Positions 10,750-20,288 of a DNA stretch of 64,000 nt are shown one piece after another (the first letter of the stretch is position 1; each line of letters begins with the position of its first letter). The position numbers and the translations under genes were made by a program. The stretch is taken from NCBI GenBank assembly GCA_963713975.1, contig OY970218.1:1184001-1248000 (forward strand). The letters run 5' to 3'. This stretch comes from an uncultured Chloroflexia bacterium. GTDB lineage: Bacteria; Chloroflexota; Limnocylindria; Limnocylindrales; CSP1-4. The notes beneath the pieces were generated by a model, which had not been told where the DNA came from, ran no database searches, and was given only the letters and a program-made list of their open reading frames with translations.

Positions 10750-11847
10750 CTACTCGCCAGCTGCCATGAGTTCAACAAGCTCCGGGACATGAAGGGGCAA
10801 GGCGCTCAATCGCTCGGACGGCGCATACCAGCGCCCTCGCGTGGCGCCGCGCGGCTCGAGCCAGCCAGCCCTCGAGAGGCGGCCGAGTTCAGCCCGAGCG
10901 GCTGGCAGCGAGCGGCCGGTGAGCCCGGCGAGCGCTGCGGTGCGCAGCCGACCGACACGGGCGGCGAGAAGCGTCGGGGCCCACTCGAACGGCTCGCCTG
11001 CGTCGGCGAGCACCGAGACCAAGAGCCCGATGTCGGTCGGGAGCCGGCCCAGGAGCCGATTCCGAGCTTCGAGTCGATCCAGCGTGATCCTGGTGTAGTA
11101 GTCGAGCCATTCGGTGACCGGATGTTGATCAGCGTCGTAGGTTGGTCCGAGCGTCGTGCGCAAGGCGTCGATGTACTCGTCTCGGTTCCGGCGAAGGTAC
11201 GCCTCGATGCTGATCAGCTCCGGCGAGTGAATGCCGTCTCGGACGAGCTCCATCGCGGCGAGGATCCGCGCCGTCCGGCCATTGCCGTCGTTGAACGGAT
11301 GGACGGCGATGATGTTGAGATGGAGTAGCGCCGAGCGAACAAGCGGCGGAGTTTGGTCCGCGAGCCTGAGCCAACCGATCAGCTCGTTCATCAGGTCCCG
11401 GACTACGAGCGGGCTCGGTCCTGTGAAGATCCCCACGAAGACGTCTTCGCCCGGACCCCGGTAGTCGCCGCGGGTGTCTTGCGGGAGCCCTTCCATGACG
11501 GTCGCATTGATCAGCTGGATCACCTCATGCGACCAGGCGAACCCCGGACGGGCCGCGGCGTCGCTGGCAAGGTTGAGCGCCCGGTTGTAGTTCTCTACCT
11601 CGCGGATGTGACCGGCGTCGGCGTCGACCGCTGCGCCGGCCAGGATCTCCTCAACCTGATTCGGCGAAAGAGGATTGCCCTCGATGCCTGTGCTTCCTGA
11701 GATCGCCGCATCTCGGGCCGCTGGCCACATGGCGAGCATTCGCCAGTTTCCAGGGCCAAGCTCCACATCGCGACGGGCAGCGTCTTCCCACCGGTCGAGC
11801 CGTTCCCGAATGGTCATGGTGGGCGTGTACGTGAGGTGGAGAGTCAT
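10750..11847 (-). CDS. Fic family protein with C-terminal wHTH
   Basis: STGIEGN, canonical HPFNDGNGRTAR, and C-terminal GWLEPRGATRGRWY. Confidence 0.92.
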   Translation of the reverse strand: MTLHLTYTPTMTIRERLDRWEDAARRDVELGPGNWRMLAMWPAARDAAISGSTGIEGNPLSPNQVEEILAGAAVDADAGHIREVENYNRALNLASDAAARPGFAWSHEVIQLINATVMEGLPQDTRGDYRGPGEDVFVGIFTGPSPLVVRDLMNELIGWLRLADQTPPLVRSALLHLNIIAVHPFNDGNGRTARILAAMELVRDGIHSPELISIEAYLRRNRDEYIDALRTTLGPTYDADQHPVTEWLDYYTRITLDRLEARNRLLGRLPTDIGLLVSVLADAGEPFEWAPTLLAARVGRLRTAALAGLTGRSLPAARAELGRLSRAGWLEPRGATRGRWYAPSERLSALPLHVPELVELMAAGE

Positions 11848-11917
11848 TCGCTTGGCGCACGAGCGGTTACCGTCGAGAGGATGATAGAAGCAATTCGCTC
11901 GTCGCGCAAGCGGTTTC

Positions 11918-11980
11918 TTGGCGCGCCCACAGGTGTCGGGCGCGCGGCCACCATGCGTTTCGTCAAGGTCCCGATCGCGC
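11918..11980 (+). repeat. att-like copy 1 (antisense tRNA-Arg 3' end, 1-nt deletion) plus partial recombinase tail
   Basis: TTGGCGCGCCC-ACAGGTGTCGGGCGCGC, encoding (AR)PTGVGRAATMRFVKVPIA. Confidence 0.65.
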
Positions 11981-12601
11981 CCCGAGGCCTGTATGGGCGC
12001 GCTCGAACTGTTCCTGCACGCTCCGGATCCGGGCGTGCCCGAGCTTGTGCGCGCCGCTATCGTCCACGTCCAGTTCGAGACGATCCACCCGTTCCTCGAT
12101 GGGAACGGACGTGTCGGGCGGCTCCTGATCCCGGTCATGCTCGCGCACGCTGGCATCCTGCGGCAGCCGCTGCTCTATCTGAGCCTGTTCTTCCGCGAGC
12201 ACCGGGACGAGTACTACCGGCTCCTCGGGCAGGTCAGGACCGACGGTGACTGGGAGGCCTGGGTTGACTTCTTCCTCGAGGGCGTGGAGCAGACCGCGGG
12301 TGGTGCCGTTGCGACGGCGAACCGGTTGCTGGAGCTGATGCGCAGGGATCAGGTCAGGGTCGCGGGCCTGCAGCGGTCGGCTGGCGCGGCGTCCCGTGTG
12401 TTCTCGGTTCTCTGCGAGCGGCCGATCGCGTCGGTGGGCGATGCGGCCTCGCGTCTCGGCGTCTCCCTGCCGACTGCGACGCGCGGCATCGGGGCCCTCG
12501 CGGGCCTCGGCATTGTCAGCGAGATCACCGGGCGTCAGCGCAGCCGCCTCTACGCGTACGACGAGTACCTCTCGATCCTGACGCGGGAGCCGGCGGCCTG
12601 A
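11981..12601 (+). pseudogene. 5'-truncated Fic/DOC family protein with C-terminal HTH
   Basis: HVQFETIHPFLDGNGRVGRLL and EITGRQRSRLYAY motifs. The N-terminal half is missing and it abuts att copy 1. Confidence 0.8.
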
Positions 12602-12775
12602 GTGCGGCCAGGCCCGCGAGCGACTCTCTCCCGCGGCCGGACACGGACATTGTCGCGACAACTGCACGCAACTCGCTTGATCCGAGTGAGCCTCTGGGGC
12701 ACGCTCTGGGCACCAGGTCCAGCGGATCGGATGGCTCGACCACCCCGGCCGCCAAGAGGGCGGCTGGTGCGGCTC

Positions 12776-12830
12776 TTTGGCGCGCCCGACAGGTGTTGGA
12801 CGCGCGATTTCAACCTACACCATCCCGATC
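12776..12830 (+). repeat. att-like copy 2; 55-bp perfect direct repeat with 14544-14598
   Basis: TTTGGCGCGCCCGACAGGTGTTGGACGCGCGATTTCAACCTACACCATCCCGATC. Weaker similarity continues for about 35 bp. Confidence 0.9.
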
Positions 12831-13077
12831 TGGGGCCGCGACGAGTGGCTCGCCGCGGCGGGCCTGAGTGCGTGCGGCCAGGACCCGGAGCTAACGAAGT
12901 CAGCCCATGCATCCTCCTGCCGCTCCCGGGCGCGATCCTTCGCGCTCCTGGGGCTCGAGGCCTCGGCCTTCTGGCGGGGCGTGACGTGAGGACGGTTAAG
13001 GCATGAACGCAGCGGACCCGACTCTGCGTTTCTGCGCGTGCTTCGCGCTCCTGCGAGTCGCGTATGCTCTGACCCCC

Positions 13078-14055
13078 ATGGCCGACTTCGTCACTTCTCT
13101 TCCCAAGGCCGAGCTGCACATTCACGTCGAGGGGACGCTCGAACCCGAGGTGATGTTCGCCCTTGCGGATCGCAACGGGATCACGCTTCCCTTTGCCACG
13201 GTCGAGGCGGTGCGGGCCGCCTACGAGTTCACCGACCTGCAGTCGTTTCTCGACCTGGTCTACCAGGGCGCTGCGGTGTTGCACACCGTCGAGGATTACG
13301 ACGGCCTGATGTGGGCGTACCTGCAGCGGGCGCACGCCGATGGAGTGCGTCGCGCCGAGATCTTCTTCGACCCCCAGGTCCACACCGAGCGGGGCATCGG
13401 GTTTGAGGTATTCATGAATGGCTTCGCCCGAGCAAGGCAACGCGCCGCGGCCGAGCTCGGGATGACCACGGCTCTGATCATGTGCTTTCTCCGTCACCTC
13501 CCTGAGTCGGCGGCGCTGCGCACGCTCGAGGCCGCAGGGCCGTACCTCGATCAGATCGTTGCGGTGGGCCTGGACTCGTCAGAGGTCGGACATCCACCCT
13601 CCAAGTTCGAGCGCGTGTTTGCCCGGGCGCGGGAAGCGGGGTTGCGGGCGGTGGCGCACGCCGGGGAAGAGGCGCCACCGCAGTACGTGTGGGAGGCGCT
13701 CGACCTACTAGGGGCGGAGCGCATCGACCACGGTGTCCGTGCCGAGAGCGACGCGGCACTGGTGTCCCGGCTGGCTGCCGACCGCATCCCGTTGACGATG
13801 TGCCCGCTCTCCAACGTGCGGCTGCGGGTCATCGATCGGATCCAGGACCACAACCTCAAACGGCTGCTCGATCGCGGGGTGGTGGTGACGGTCAACTCCG
13901 ACGACCCTGCGTATTTCGGCGGCTACATCGGGGACAACTACCGGGCGGCCCAGGCCGCTCTCGGGTTGAGCGACGCCGAGATTCGAACCCTCGCCCGGAA
14001 CTCGATCGGGGCGAGCTTCGCCGACTCAGCGGAGAAGGCGCGCCTGCTGGCGTAA
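13078..14055 (+). CDS. add: Adenosine/adenine deaminase
   Basis: LPKAELHIHVEG, HAGEE, ERIDHG, MCPLSN and NSDDPAYFG motifs. Confidence 0.95.
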   Translation: MADFVTSLPKAELHIHVEGTLEPEVMFALADRNGITLPFATVEAVRAAYEFTDLQSFLDLVYQGAAVLHTVEDYDGLMWAYLQRAHADGVRRAEIFFDPQVHTERGIGFEVFMNGFARARQRAAAELGMTTALIMCFLRHLPESAALRTLEAAGPYLDQIVAVGLDSSEVGHPPSKFERVFARAREAGLRAVAHAGEEAPPQYVWEALDLLGAERIDHGVRAESDAALVSRLAADRIPLTMCPLSNVRLRVIDRIQDHNLKRLLDRGVVVTVNSDDPAYFGGYIGDNYRAAQAALGLSDAEIRTLARNSIGASFADSAEKARLLA

Positions 14056-14109
14056 CTGCCGCTCGCGTTCGTCTGAAGCTCTCTGGCTGGCGGTGACGTG
14101 ATCTAACGA

Positions 14110-14643
14110 CCTCACGCAGGTCGAGGGAATCGAGCTCGACGACGCGACCATCGGCGCCGTCGTCGCCAGCCTCGGGTCCGGTCCCCGGCCGGTGGCGATC
14201 GACCAGGCGCGGATCGATCGCCAGATCCGCGAGCTCGCCCTGGAGCACGCCGCGGCCGCCTCCAGGACGCCGTCTACCTCGAGCGGCTCCACGAGCTCCG
14301 GGGGGCCAGGGAGAACTTCGAGCGAACGAGCGCCGACGGGATCTCGCCCGAGCGGGCCGTGGCCCGGCTGCGCGAATTGTCAGCGACGTGGCGCGCAGCC
14401 GAGGTTCCTGCGGAGAAGGCCGACCTGCTCCACGCCATCTACGACCGAATCACCGTCGCAGGGAGGAGGAACGTGTCCGTCAGGCTCACTCCGTCGGCAC
14501 ACACCCACGGAATCGCGCTGGCTCTGCCGGAAAAAGGTCGCAATTTGGCGCGCCCGACAGGTGTTGGACGCGCGATTTCAACCTACACCATCCCGATCGA
14601 CGGCCGCGATGAGTGGCTGGCAGCGGCAGGGCTGCGGGCATGA
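14110..14643 (+). pseudogene. C-terminal remnant of a probable large serine recombinase (coiled-coil region plus tail), frameshifted
   Basis: ARIDRQIRELALEHA/..YLERL..LRELSATW..EKADLLHAIYDRITV pattern reading through the att core into ARPTGVGRA..IPIDGRDEW. No catalytic domain remains. Confidence 0.65.
14544..14598 (+). repeat. att-like copy 3, inside the recombinase ORF
   Basis: Identical to 12776-12830. Confidence 0.9.
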
Positions 14644-14942
14644 GGGACGGCTACCAGCGCGGCGAGCTGACGCGAACTCGAACCGCCCGTCAGGTGGAGG
14701 TGCTCGCCGCATTCGTGGCGGCCGGAGGCTCCGTGCTGGCGGCAGCACAGGTGGTCGGGATTCGGCCGAGTACCGCCAAGCGACACCTCGCCGACCTGCG
14801 TGCCCGGTCGGGCCTCACGACCCAGCAGCTGATCTACAGCGGTCGAGCTGAGGGCTGGCTCGTTGTTCCCAGCCTGGAGCCGACATGTGGGACGGGGCGG
14901 TGGCCAGCCGGGCCGGTGCTCCATTCGCTGTCGGACGTCTGA
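14640..14942 (+). CDS. Small HTH (LuxR/sigma4-like) protein
   Basis: TARQVEVLAA..AAQVVGIRPSTAKRHLADLRAR. ATGA overlap with the recombinase stop. Confidence 0.65.
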   Translation: MRDGYQRGELTRTRTARQVEVLAAFVAAGGSVLAAAQVVGIRPSTAKRHLADLRARSGLTTQQLIYSGRAEGWLVVPSLEPTCGTGRWPAGPVLHSLSDV

Positions 14943-15005
14943 ACACGGTCATGGGTCACCGGAGTGGCCAGAGCCCTACGGGCTGTCTGACCTTCCCCAA
15001 GATCC

Positions 15006-15413
15006 CTACCCGGCAGAGGTGGTCGCGATGTAGCCGACGAGTAGCGCGGCCACGATCGTGACTGAGGCCATGCCCCATCGCTCGAAAGGGTGCCGCCCGG
15101 TCAGGTTGGACACGGTGTTGAGCGCCAGGAAGCCGGCGACAACCCATGCCGCCCAAACCAGTGCCTGGCTGCCAAGGAAGATCGGCGTGACGTGAGCCCG
15201 GCCGAGCACGATCCAGGCTGCGAGAACCAGGATGACCGCGCTGCCCAAGGCGATCGCACGGTACGGCGGCTGCAGGACACCGTCGACCGTCGCCGCGCGG
15301 CCGCCCATCGTGGCTTCACCAAGTGGCAGCCCGGCCGCGAGCGCCACCTGGAAAGCGGCAACACCTGCCATCAGCACTGCCGCGGCAACCGCCGCAAGCT
15401 CGACGGGGGTCAT
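15006..15413 (-). CDS. Hypothetical membrane protein
   Basis: FQVALAAGLPLGEATMGG and NTVSNL..PFERW motifs; 4 TM helices. Confidence 0.75.
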   Translation of the reverse strand: MTPVELAAVAAAVLMAGVAAFQVALAAGLPLGEATMGGRAATVDGVLQPPYRAIALGSAVILVLAAWIVLGRAHVTPIFLGSQALVWAAWVVAGFLALNTVSNLTGRHPFERWGMASVTIVAALLVGYIATTSAG

Positions 15414-15916
15414 CGATCTATCCAGACGATCGTGAGTGCGACGGCCGTGACGAGGAGACCGACGCCGTAGACGGTGTGGGTCGCGAGGTTCCGAAGCCGC
15501 GCCGCGCGGGGATCCGGTGTCTTCGACCCTGCGATGCCGGCGCCCATCCCGGGCTGAAGGATGAACCAGGGAGCGACGATCGTGCCCAGGCCGATCAGCA
15601 TCGGGGGCAGGATGGTTGGAGAACGAGCCCAATCAAGCCCCCAGACCGCAAGGAGCAGGAACGCGAACGCGATGCCGATCGAGTAGTGGGCCACCCAGCC
15701 GAGCGGCCGTTCCCCGCGGATCGGTTCGGCGGACGCGATGCGTTCGTGGAAGAAGCGCCGCCGCGGGAAGTGGCCGATCCACCGCCCCAACATGGCGTAG
15801 TCGAGGCCTCGGATGTCGAATGCGCGACGCGCGAACAGCGCCCAGGCATCCATCAAGACGGCAGCTCCGACACCGATGAGCACACCCCGCGCGAGAAACT
15901 CCACAGCGTCAATCAT
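15410..15916 (-). CDS. DUF2938 family membrane protein
   Basis: LMDAW, GRWIGH, GWVAHYSIG, QPGMGAG and HTVYGVG motifs. Confidence 0.85.
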   Translation of the reverse strand: MIDAVEFLARGVLIGVGAAVLMDAWALFARRAFDIRGLDYAMLGRWIGHFPRRRFFHERIASAEPIRGERPLGWVAHYSIGIAFAFLLLAVWGLDWARSPTILPPMLIGLGTIVAPWFILQPGMGAGIAGSKTPDPRAARLRNLATHTVYGVGLLVTAVALTIVWIDR

Positions 15917-16015
15917 CGGAGCACTCGGTGACCCGGTATATCGCTCTGCGGAGCCCCCAGAGGATGCGGAGGACATGGCGTGGGACCGGCCGCTCCTCCG
16001 GAGCCCCTTCGATGG

Positions 16016-16765
16016 TCACGCGGCACCTGCCTTGGCCGCGAGCCCGACCGGCGCCGGCCCGGACGGCTGAGCCCGACCTGGCTCTTCCGAGAGCGCGATC
16101 GGGGAGTTCTCGTTGAAACCCTTGAACGTCAGCCAGAGACCGAGCACCAGTTCCCAGATGAAGAACGGCAGGACCGCGACGACGTGGAACGGGGTCCCGG
16201 GTGCAGTCAGGCCGAGCATCATGGCGATGACCCAGGTGATGAGGATCGGCGCGCCGATGAGGCCGAGGGCCGGGATCGCGCGAGGGACCAGCCGCGCCCG
16301 GTAGAGTGCCGTGCCGAGCATGAGCGCGTTGAACGCTGCCATGTTCCCGCCGATGACCATGGCCCACGTCCGGATGTCGATGAGGGCGAGTGCGGCGGGC
16401 TGGAAGGACGCGGCGTCGGCCGCGGTCGCGGCTTGCTGGTGCAGCGAGGTGACGGCAAGCAGGCCGAGAACGCCCACGGTGATCATCGCGCCCTCGAACA
16501 ACCGGGTTGACAGGTAGCCGATCGCCAGGCCCTCGTGGGCCTTCTTGATGACCGAGAACAGGGCGACTCCGCAGCCAATGAGTGCGAACACGTTGACGAG
16601 CTCGAAGATGGCTCCGAGGGCGACCTGCTGGTCCGCCCCGGGGCCGGTGATGTAGTTGGGATCGCTGATGGCCGGGCCGACGAGGGCCGCTGCCCCAATC
16701 GATCCGAGGAACGTCACCAAGTAGAGGATCCCGCCGACTAGCGCGGTCTTTCGATACGAGGTCAT
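16016..16765 (-). CDS. DUF4386 family membrane protein
   Basis: TALVGGILYL, LYRARLVPR..LGLIGAP and WELVLGLWLTFKGF motifs. Confidence 0.85.
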   Translation of the reverse strand: MTSYRKTALVGGILYLVTFLGSIGAAALVGPAISDPNYITGPGADQQVALGAIFELVNVFALIGCGVALFSVIKKAHEGLAIGYLSTRLFEGAMITVGVLGLLAVTSLHQQAATAADAASFQPAALALIDIRTWAMVIGGNMAAFNALMLGTALYRARLVPRAIPALGLIGAPILITWVIAMMLGLTAPGTPFHVVAVLPFFIWELVLGLWLTFKGFNENSPIALSEEPGRAQPSGPAPVGLAAKAGAA

Positions 16766-16859
16766 TGATAGTTCCCTTCGTGTCTGTGGTCTCCGGCGGC
16801 GTCAGCGCGCCGCCGGAGAGGTCGCGACTCCACCCCGGGGTTCGGTCGCGTTGGGAGGA

Positions 16860-17546
16860 TCAGTCGACCGCGACGGGCTCGAGCCTTGAAGTCACGGGAC
16901 TCACCGCGGGCACGAGGCTTGAGGCGCGCTGCGCACGCCAGAGGGAGTAGCCGAGGCCGACCAAGGCGAGGCCGGTCGGGATAGCAAACAGCCGCTCATA
17001 TTGCGGAACGATGCCGGCACCGATGGCTGACAGGGTGCCCACGGCGAGGAGCGCTGACGCCCAGCGGGCGAGGACGTTGGCACGGAAGAGGGCGACCGCG
17101 AAGAGGACGCCGCCGGCGATGTAGGTGAGTCCAGTGAACATGATCGCGACCTGCATCGATCCGATGTCGCCGGTCGTCGGGCGGTTGTTTGCGATCGAAA
17201 TGACGTCGTTCACCCAGCCCGTCGAGGTGTCAGCGATGGACGGGAGCACGAGCGCGGCCACGTACTGGGTCCCCAGCATGCTCAGGTAACCGGCAGCGAA
17301 AACGACGTAGCCGATCAGGCCCAGGACGCCGATCCTGGTCACCTGGAACAAGTAGACACCGGTGATCCCGGCAAGCGCGAGAGCGGCCATGAGCAGCTTC
17401 AGCGAGTTTCGGACGATCACGTCGGTCGTGGTGATCGAGGTGGAGTCAAGGTATGGGTGGCCGATCTGGACGCCGATGAAGATGAGTCCAGCGGCGGCTG
17501 CGGCAACGGAGGCCGCCCGGAGCAGGAATCCGTGGGTGATGGTCAT
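16860..17546 (-). CDS. Hypothetical membrane protein
   Basis: RBS CAGGAG; about 6 TM helices; LARWASALL motif. Confidence 0.75.
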   Translation of the reverse strand: MTITHGFLLRAASVAAAAAGLIFIGVQIGHPYLDSTSITTTDVIVRNSLKLLMAALALAGITGVYLFQVTRIGVLGLIGYVVFAAGYLSMLGTQYVAALVLPSIADTSTGWVNDVISIANNRPTTGDIGSMQVAIMFTGLTYIAGGVLFAVALFRANVLARWASALLAVGTLSAIGAGIVPQYERLFAIPTGLALVGLGYSLWRAQRASSLVPAVSPVTSRLEPVAVD

Positions 17547-17642
17547 TTCATTCTCCTGGGAAGTGATGGGTGAGCACCGGATCTCGGCGCGATGACTTGG
17601 GTTGGGCAAGCTCATTCCTGTCGCAGATTCACGCTCCGGCCA

Positions 17643-17861
17643 TCAATCGCCCCCTTCCAGCGTTGGGATCGACGTGAGGGCGATGACCTCGGAACCGCGC
17701 AACGCTTCCAGGAAAGGCTGGAAGCTGCCACTCACCAAGCAGGTCAGCCGGCGGCCGTTGACCTTGACTTCGCTGACCCCCGAAGCGCGCTTCAGTTGCC
17801 GCGCGGGTGGGGTGCCGACGAAGGTCACGTGAACTCGCTGCTGGAGTCGCGGTTGCGTCAT
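17643..17861 (-). CDS. Small protein resembling the C-terminal accessory domain of ABC-2 ATPases
   Basis: VHVTF..GVSEVKVNGRRLTCLVSGSFQPFLEAL..VIALTS. Same strand as, and upstream of, the membrane-protein genes. Confidence 0.55.
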   Translation of the reverse strand: MTQPRLQQRVHVTFVGTPPARQLKRASGVSEVKVNGRRLTCLVSGSFQPFLEALRGSEVIALTSIPTLEGGD

Positions 17862-17954
17862 GCCCCGAGACTGACCACCCGTCGGGCCGCGCATATCGTC
17901 TGAATTGATGATTGGCGGTCGGTTGACCTGCTCGTCGCGTACCCTGCATGGATC

Positions 17955-20255
17955 GTGGCAAGGCCCAGGCGCCGATCCGGCAACCTTCCAGCCGAGGCGA
18001 CCAGCTTTGTTGGGCGTCGGCGTGAGCTCGCCGAGATTCGCAAGAAGCTGACGACCGCCCGAGTCATTAGCCTCGTAGGCCCCGGAGGCGTCGGCAAGAC
18101 GCGGCTGGCGATCCGCGCGGCAGACAGCCTGGGGCGTGGGTTCGCGGACGGTCCCTGGCTGGTCGAGCTTGCCGACCTGCACGATCCGGCCCTCGTGACC
18201 AACGCCGTGGTCGCCGCGCTGGACCTGCGAGATCAGACTGCAGCGGAGCCGCTCGACGTCCTCGCCACGTATCTCCAGGACAAGCAGGTGCTGCTTGTCG
18301 TCGACAACTGTGAACACCTTCTCGACGCGACCGCGCAGCTTGTGGCCCTCATCGTCCGAACGTCGACGAACGTGCGGGTGCTCACGACCAGCCGTGAGCC
18401 GCTCCAGATTTCGGGCGAGTACGTGGTTCCTGTGCCCCCGCTGGAGCTACCAGAACCCACGACGACGGCGTCGCTCGCAGAGCTGCGCCAGAACGAAGCG
18501 GTGATGCTCTTCACGGAGCGCGCTGCGGCGGCATCCGGGACGTTCGAGTTGACCGAGGCCAATCGCGCGGCGGTCGTCCAGTTGTGCCGCCGTCTGGACG
18601 GTCTGCCCCTGGCGATCGAGCTCGCGGCGGTGAGAACGAGAGCCCTGACGGTCGAGGAGATCGTCGCTCGCTTGACCGACCGATTTGCGCTGCTCACCGG
18701 CGGGCGACGGGAAGCGCTGCCGCGGCACCAAACCCTGCAAGCCACGATCGACTGGAGTCACGATCTCCTGCCGCCCGAGGAGCAAACCCTGCTGCGGCGC
18801 CTCTGTATCTTCGGTGGGTCGTTCACCGCCGAAGACGCGGGGTCGGTGTGCTCGTTCGACGAGCGATCCACCGCGGGGACCGCGGACATGCTGGCCTCGC
18901 TGATGGAGAAGTCGTTGATCGTCCGAGAGGACTTCGCGCAGCGTGCCGGCTATCGCCTGCACGAGACGATGCGTGAATACGCGCGTGTCAAGCTGCAAGA
19001 GGCCGATGAGTCGGACCTCGTCGAGGAACGGTGCCTCGAGCATTACCGAACCAGGTGCCTTGGGTCGGCGGATCAAGCTCGATATGAGCTTCTCGAGTGG
19101 CTCGAGTGGGTCGACCTGGAGATCGACAATCTCCGGGCGGTGCTGCAACGCTGCATCGCGCGCGGCGACCTCGCCCATGGGTTGGATATCGCTGCCTCGC
19201 TCGGATACTTCTGGATCACTCGCGGGACCACGGAAAGTGTGCGCTGGCTCGACCAACTCCTGCCAGCCGGCGATGCGTCTCCGGAGACGGAAGTGCGGGC
19301 GTGTCTCGTGCGCGGGCGGCTGAGCCTCCTGCGGGCCGAGTCGGCCGATGCTCGGCGCTGGCTGGCTCGCGCGGTGACAATTGCTCGCCGTGCTGGGCTC
19401 CGGTCTGAACTCGCCCAATCGCTGTCTCTCGCTGCCATGGCCGCGAACGCCGGCGGCGACGCAGCCGCCGCCGGCCGCCTCATCGACGAGGCGGCAACAG
19501 TGACGAAGGAGCTCGACGACTACCAGGCCACGATCGAGCTGTTGCAGGCTCAGGCCGTCCATGCGGTCTTTTCGGGGGCTATGCAGGAAGCCAAGGACTT
19601 CGCCACCGAAGGTGTGCGCTTGAGCCAAGCGGCTGGTGACGTCTACTACCTCGAATCTTTCCGGCGCAACCTCGCGAGTGTCGCGATGTTCGCCGGCGAC
19701 CTCGACACTGCAAAGGTGCAGACGGTCCTCGCGTTACGCCTGGCCCGGGACCCGGACAACCGAGTCGCCATGTATTACGGGTTGTCGGCTCTGGGATGGC
19801 ATGCGGCCAACTCTCGACAGCCGCGACTTGGGGCACGGCTACTGGGTGCGGCCGCGGCGATCGGCATCGGTGCCGGCGCCGACATCAGCGGGCCGTTCGA
19901 GCCATTTCTGCGTCAGGCCACGGAGTCGGCTATCTCGGTGCTGGGGAAGGCCAAGTTCGACGCCGAGTTCGGCGCTGGTAGAAGCATGAGCCGTGAGACG
20001 GCGTTGCGGCTGGCGCTCGGCGAATCCGCCGACGTCGCGGTCGATGGGACAGACGACATCGAGAGCGGACCGTTGGCGAAGCGGGAGGTCGAGGTCGCGC
20101 GCTTGATCGCGCAAGGCATGAGCAACAAGGAGATCGGAGCTCGGCTGTTCATCTCGCAGCCGACCGTGGCGACCCATGTTCGGAACATTATGAACAAGCT
20201 CGGGTACAACTCGAGGGCACAGATCGCCGGCTGGGTCGCGTCGGGAAGTCGGTAA
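17955..20255 (+). CDS. STAND/NB-ARC ATPase-TPR-LuxR transcriptional regulator
   Basis: GNLP..TSFVGR, GPGGVGKT, VDNCEH, LDGLPLAIELAA and a C-terminal LuxR HTH. Confidence 0.93.
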   Translation: MARPRRRSGNLPAEATSFVGRRRELAEIRKKLTTARVISLVGPGGVGKTRLAIRAADSLGRGFADGPWLVELADLHDPALVTNAVVAALDLRDQTAAEPLDVLATYLQDKQVLLVVDNCEHLLDATAQLVALIVRTSTNVRVLTTSREPLQISGEYVVPVPPLELPEPTTTASLAELRQNEAVMLFTERAAAASGTFELTEANRAAVVQLCRRLDGLPLAIELAAVRTRALTVEEIVARLTDRFALLTGGRREALPRHQTLQATIDWSHDLLPPEEQTLLRRLCIFGGSFTAEDAGSVCSFDERSTAGTADMLASLMEKSLIVREDFAQRAGYRLHETMREYARVKLQEADESDLVEERCLEHYRTRCLGSADQARYELLEWLEWVDLEIDNLRAVLQRCIARGDLAHGLDIAASLGYFWITRGTTESVRWLDQLLPAGDASPETEVRACLVRGRLSLLRAESADARRWLARAVTIARRAGLRSELAQSLSLAAMAANAGGDAAAAGRLIDEAATVTKELDDYQATIELLQAQAVHAVFSGAMQEAKDFATEGVRLSQAAGDVYYLESFRRNLASVAMFAGDLDTAKVQTVLALRLARDPDNRVAMYYGLSALGWHAANSRQPRLGARLLGAAAAIGIGAGADISGPFEPFLRQATESAISVLGKAKFDAEFGAGRSMSRETALRLALGESADVAVDGTDDIESGPLAKREVEVARLIAQGMSNKEIGARLFISQPTVATHVRNIMNKLGYNSRAQIAGWVASGSR

Positions 20256-20288
20256 GCTGCCAAGCAGGCGTGGTCGTGCACCGTGCCC

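Noticed and set aside
13976-13995. GAGATTCGAACCCTC resembles the reverse complement of a tRNA T-loop
   Set aside because: It lies inside the add coding region and has no acceptor stem or cloverleaf.
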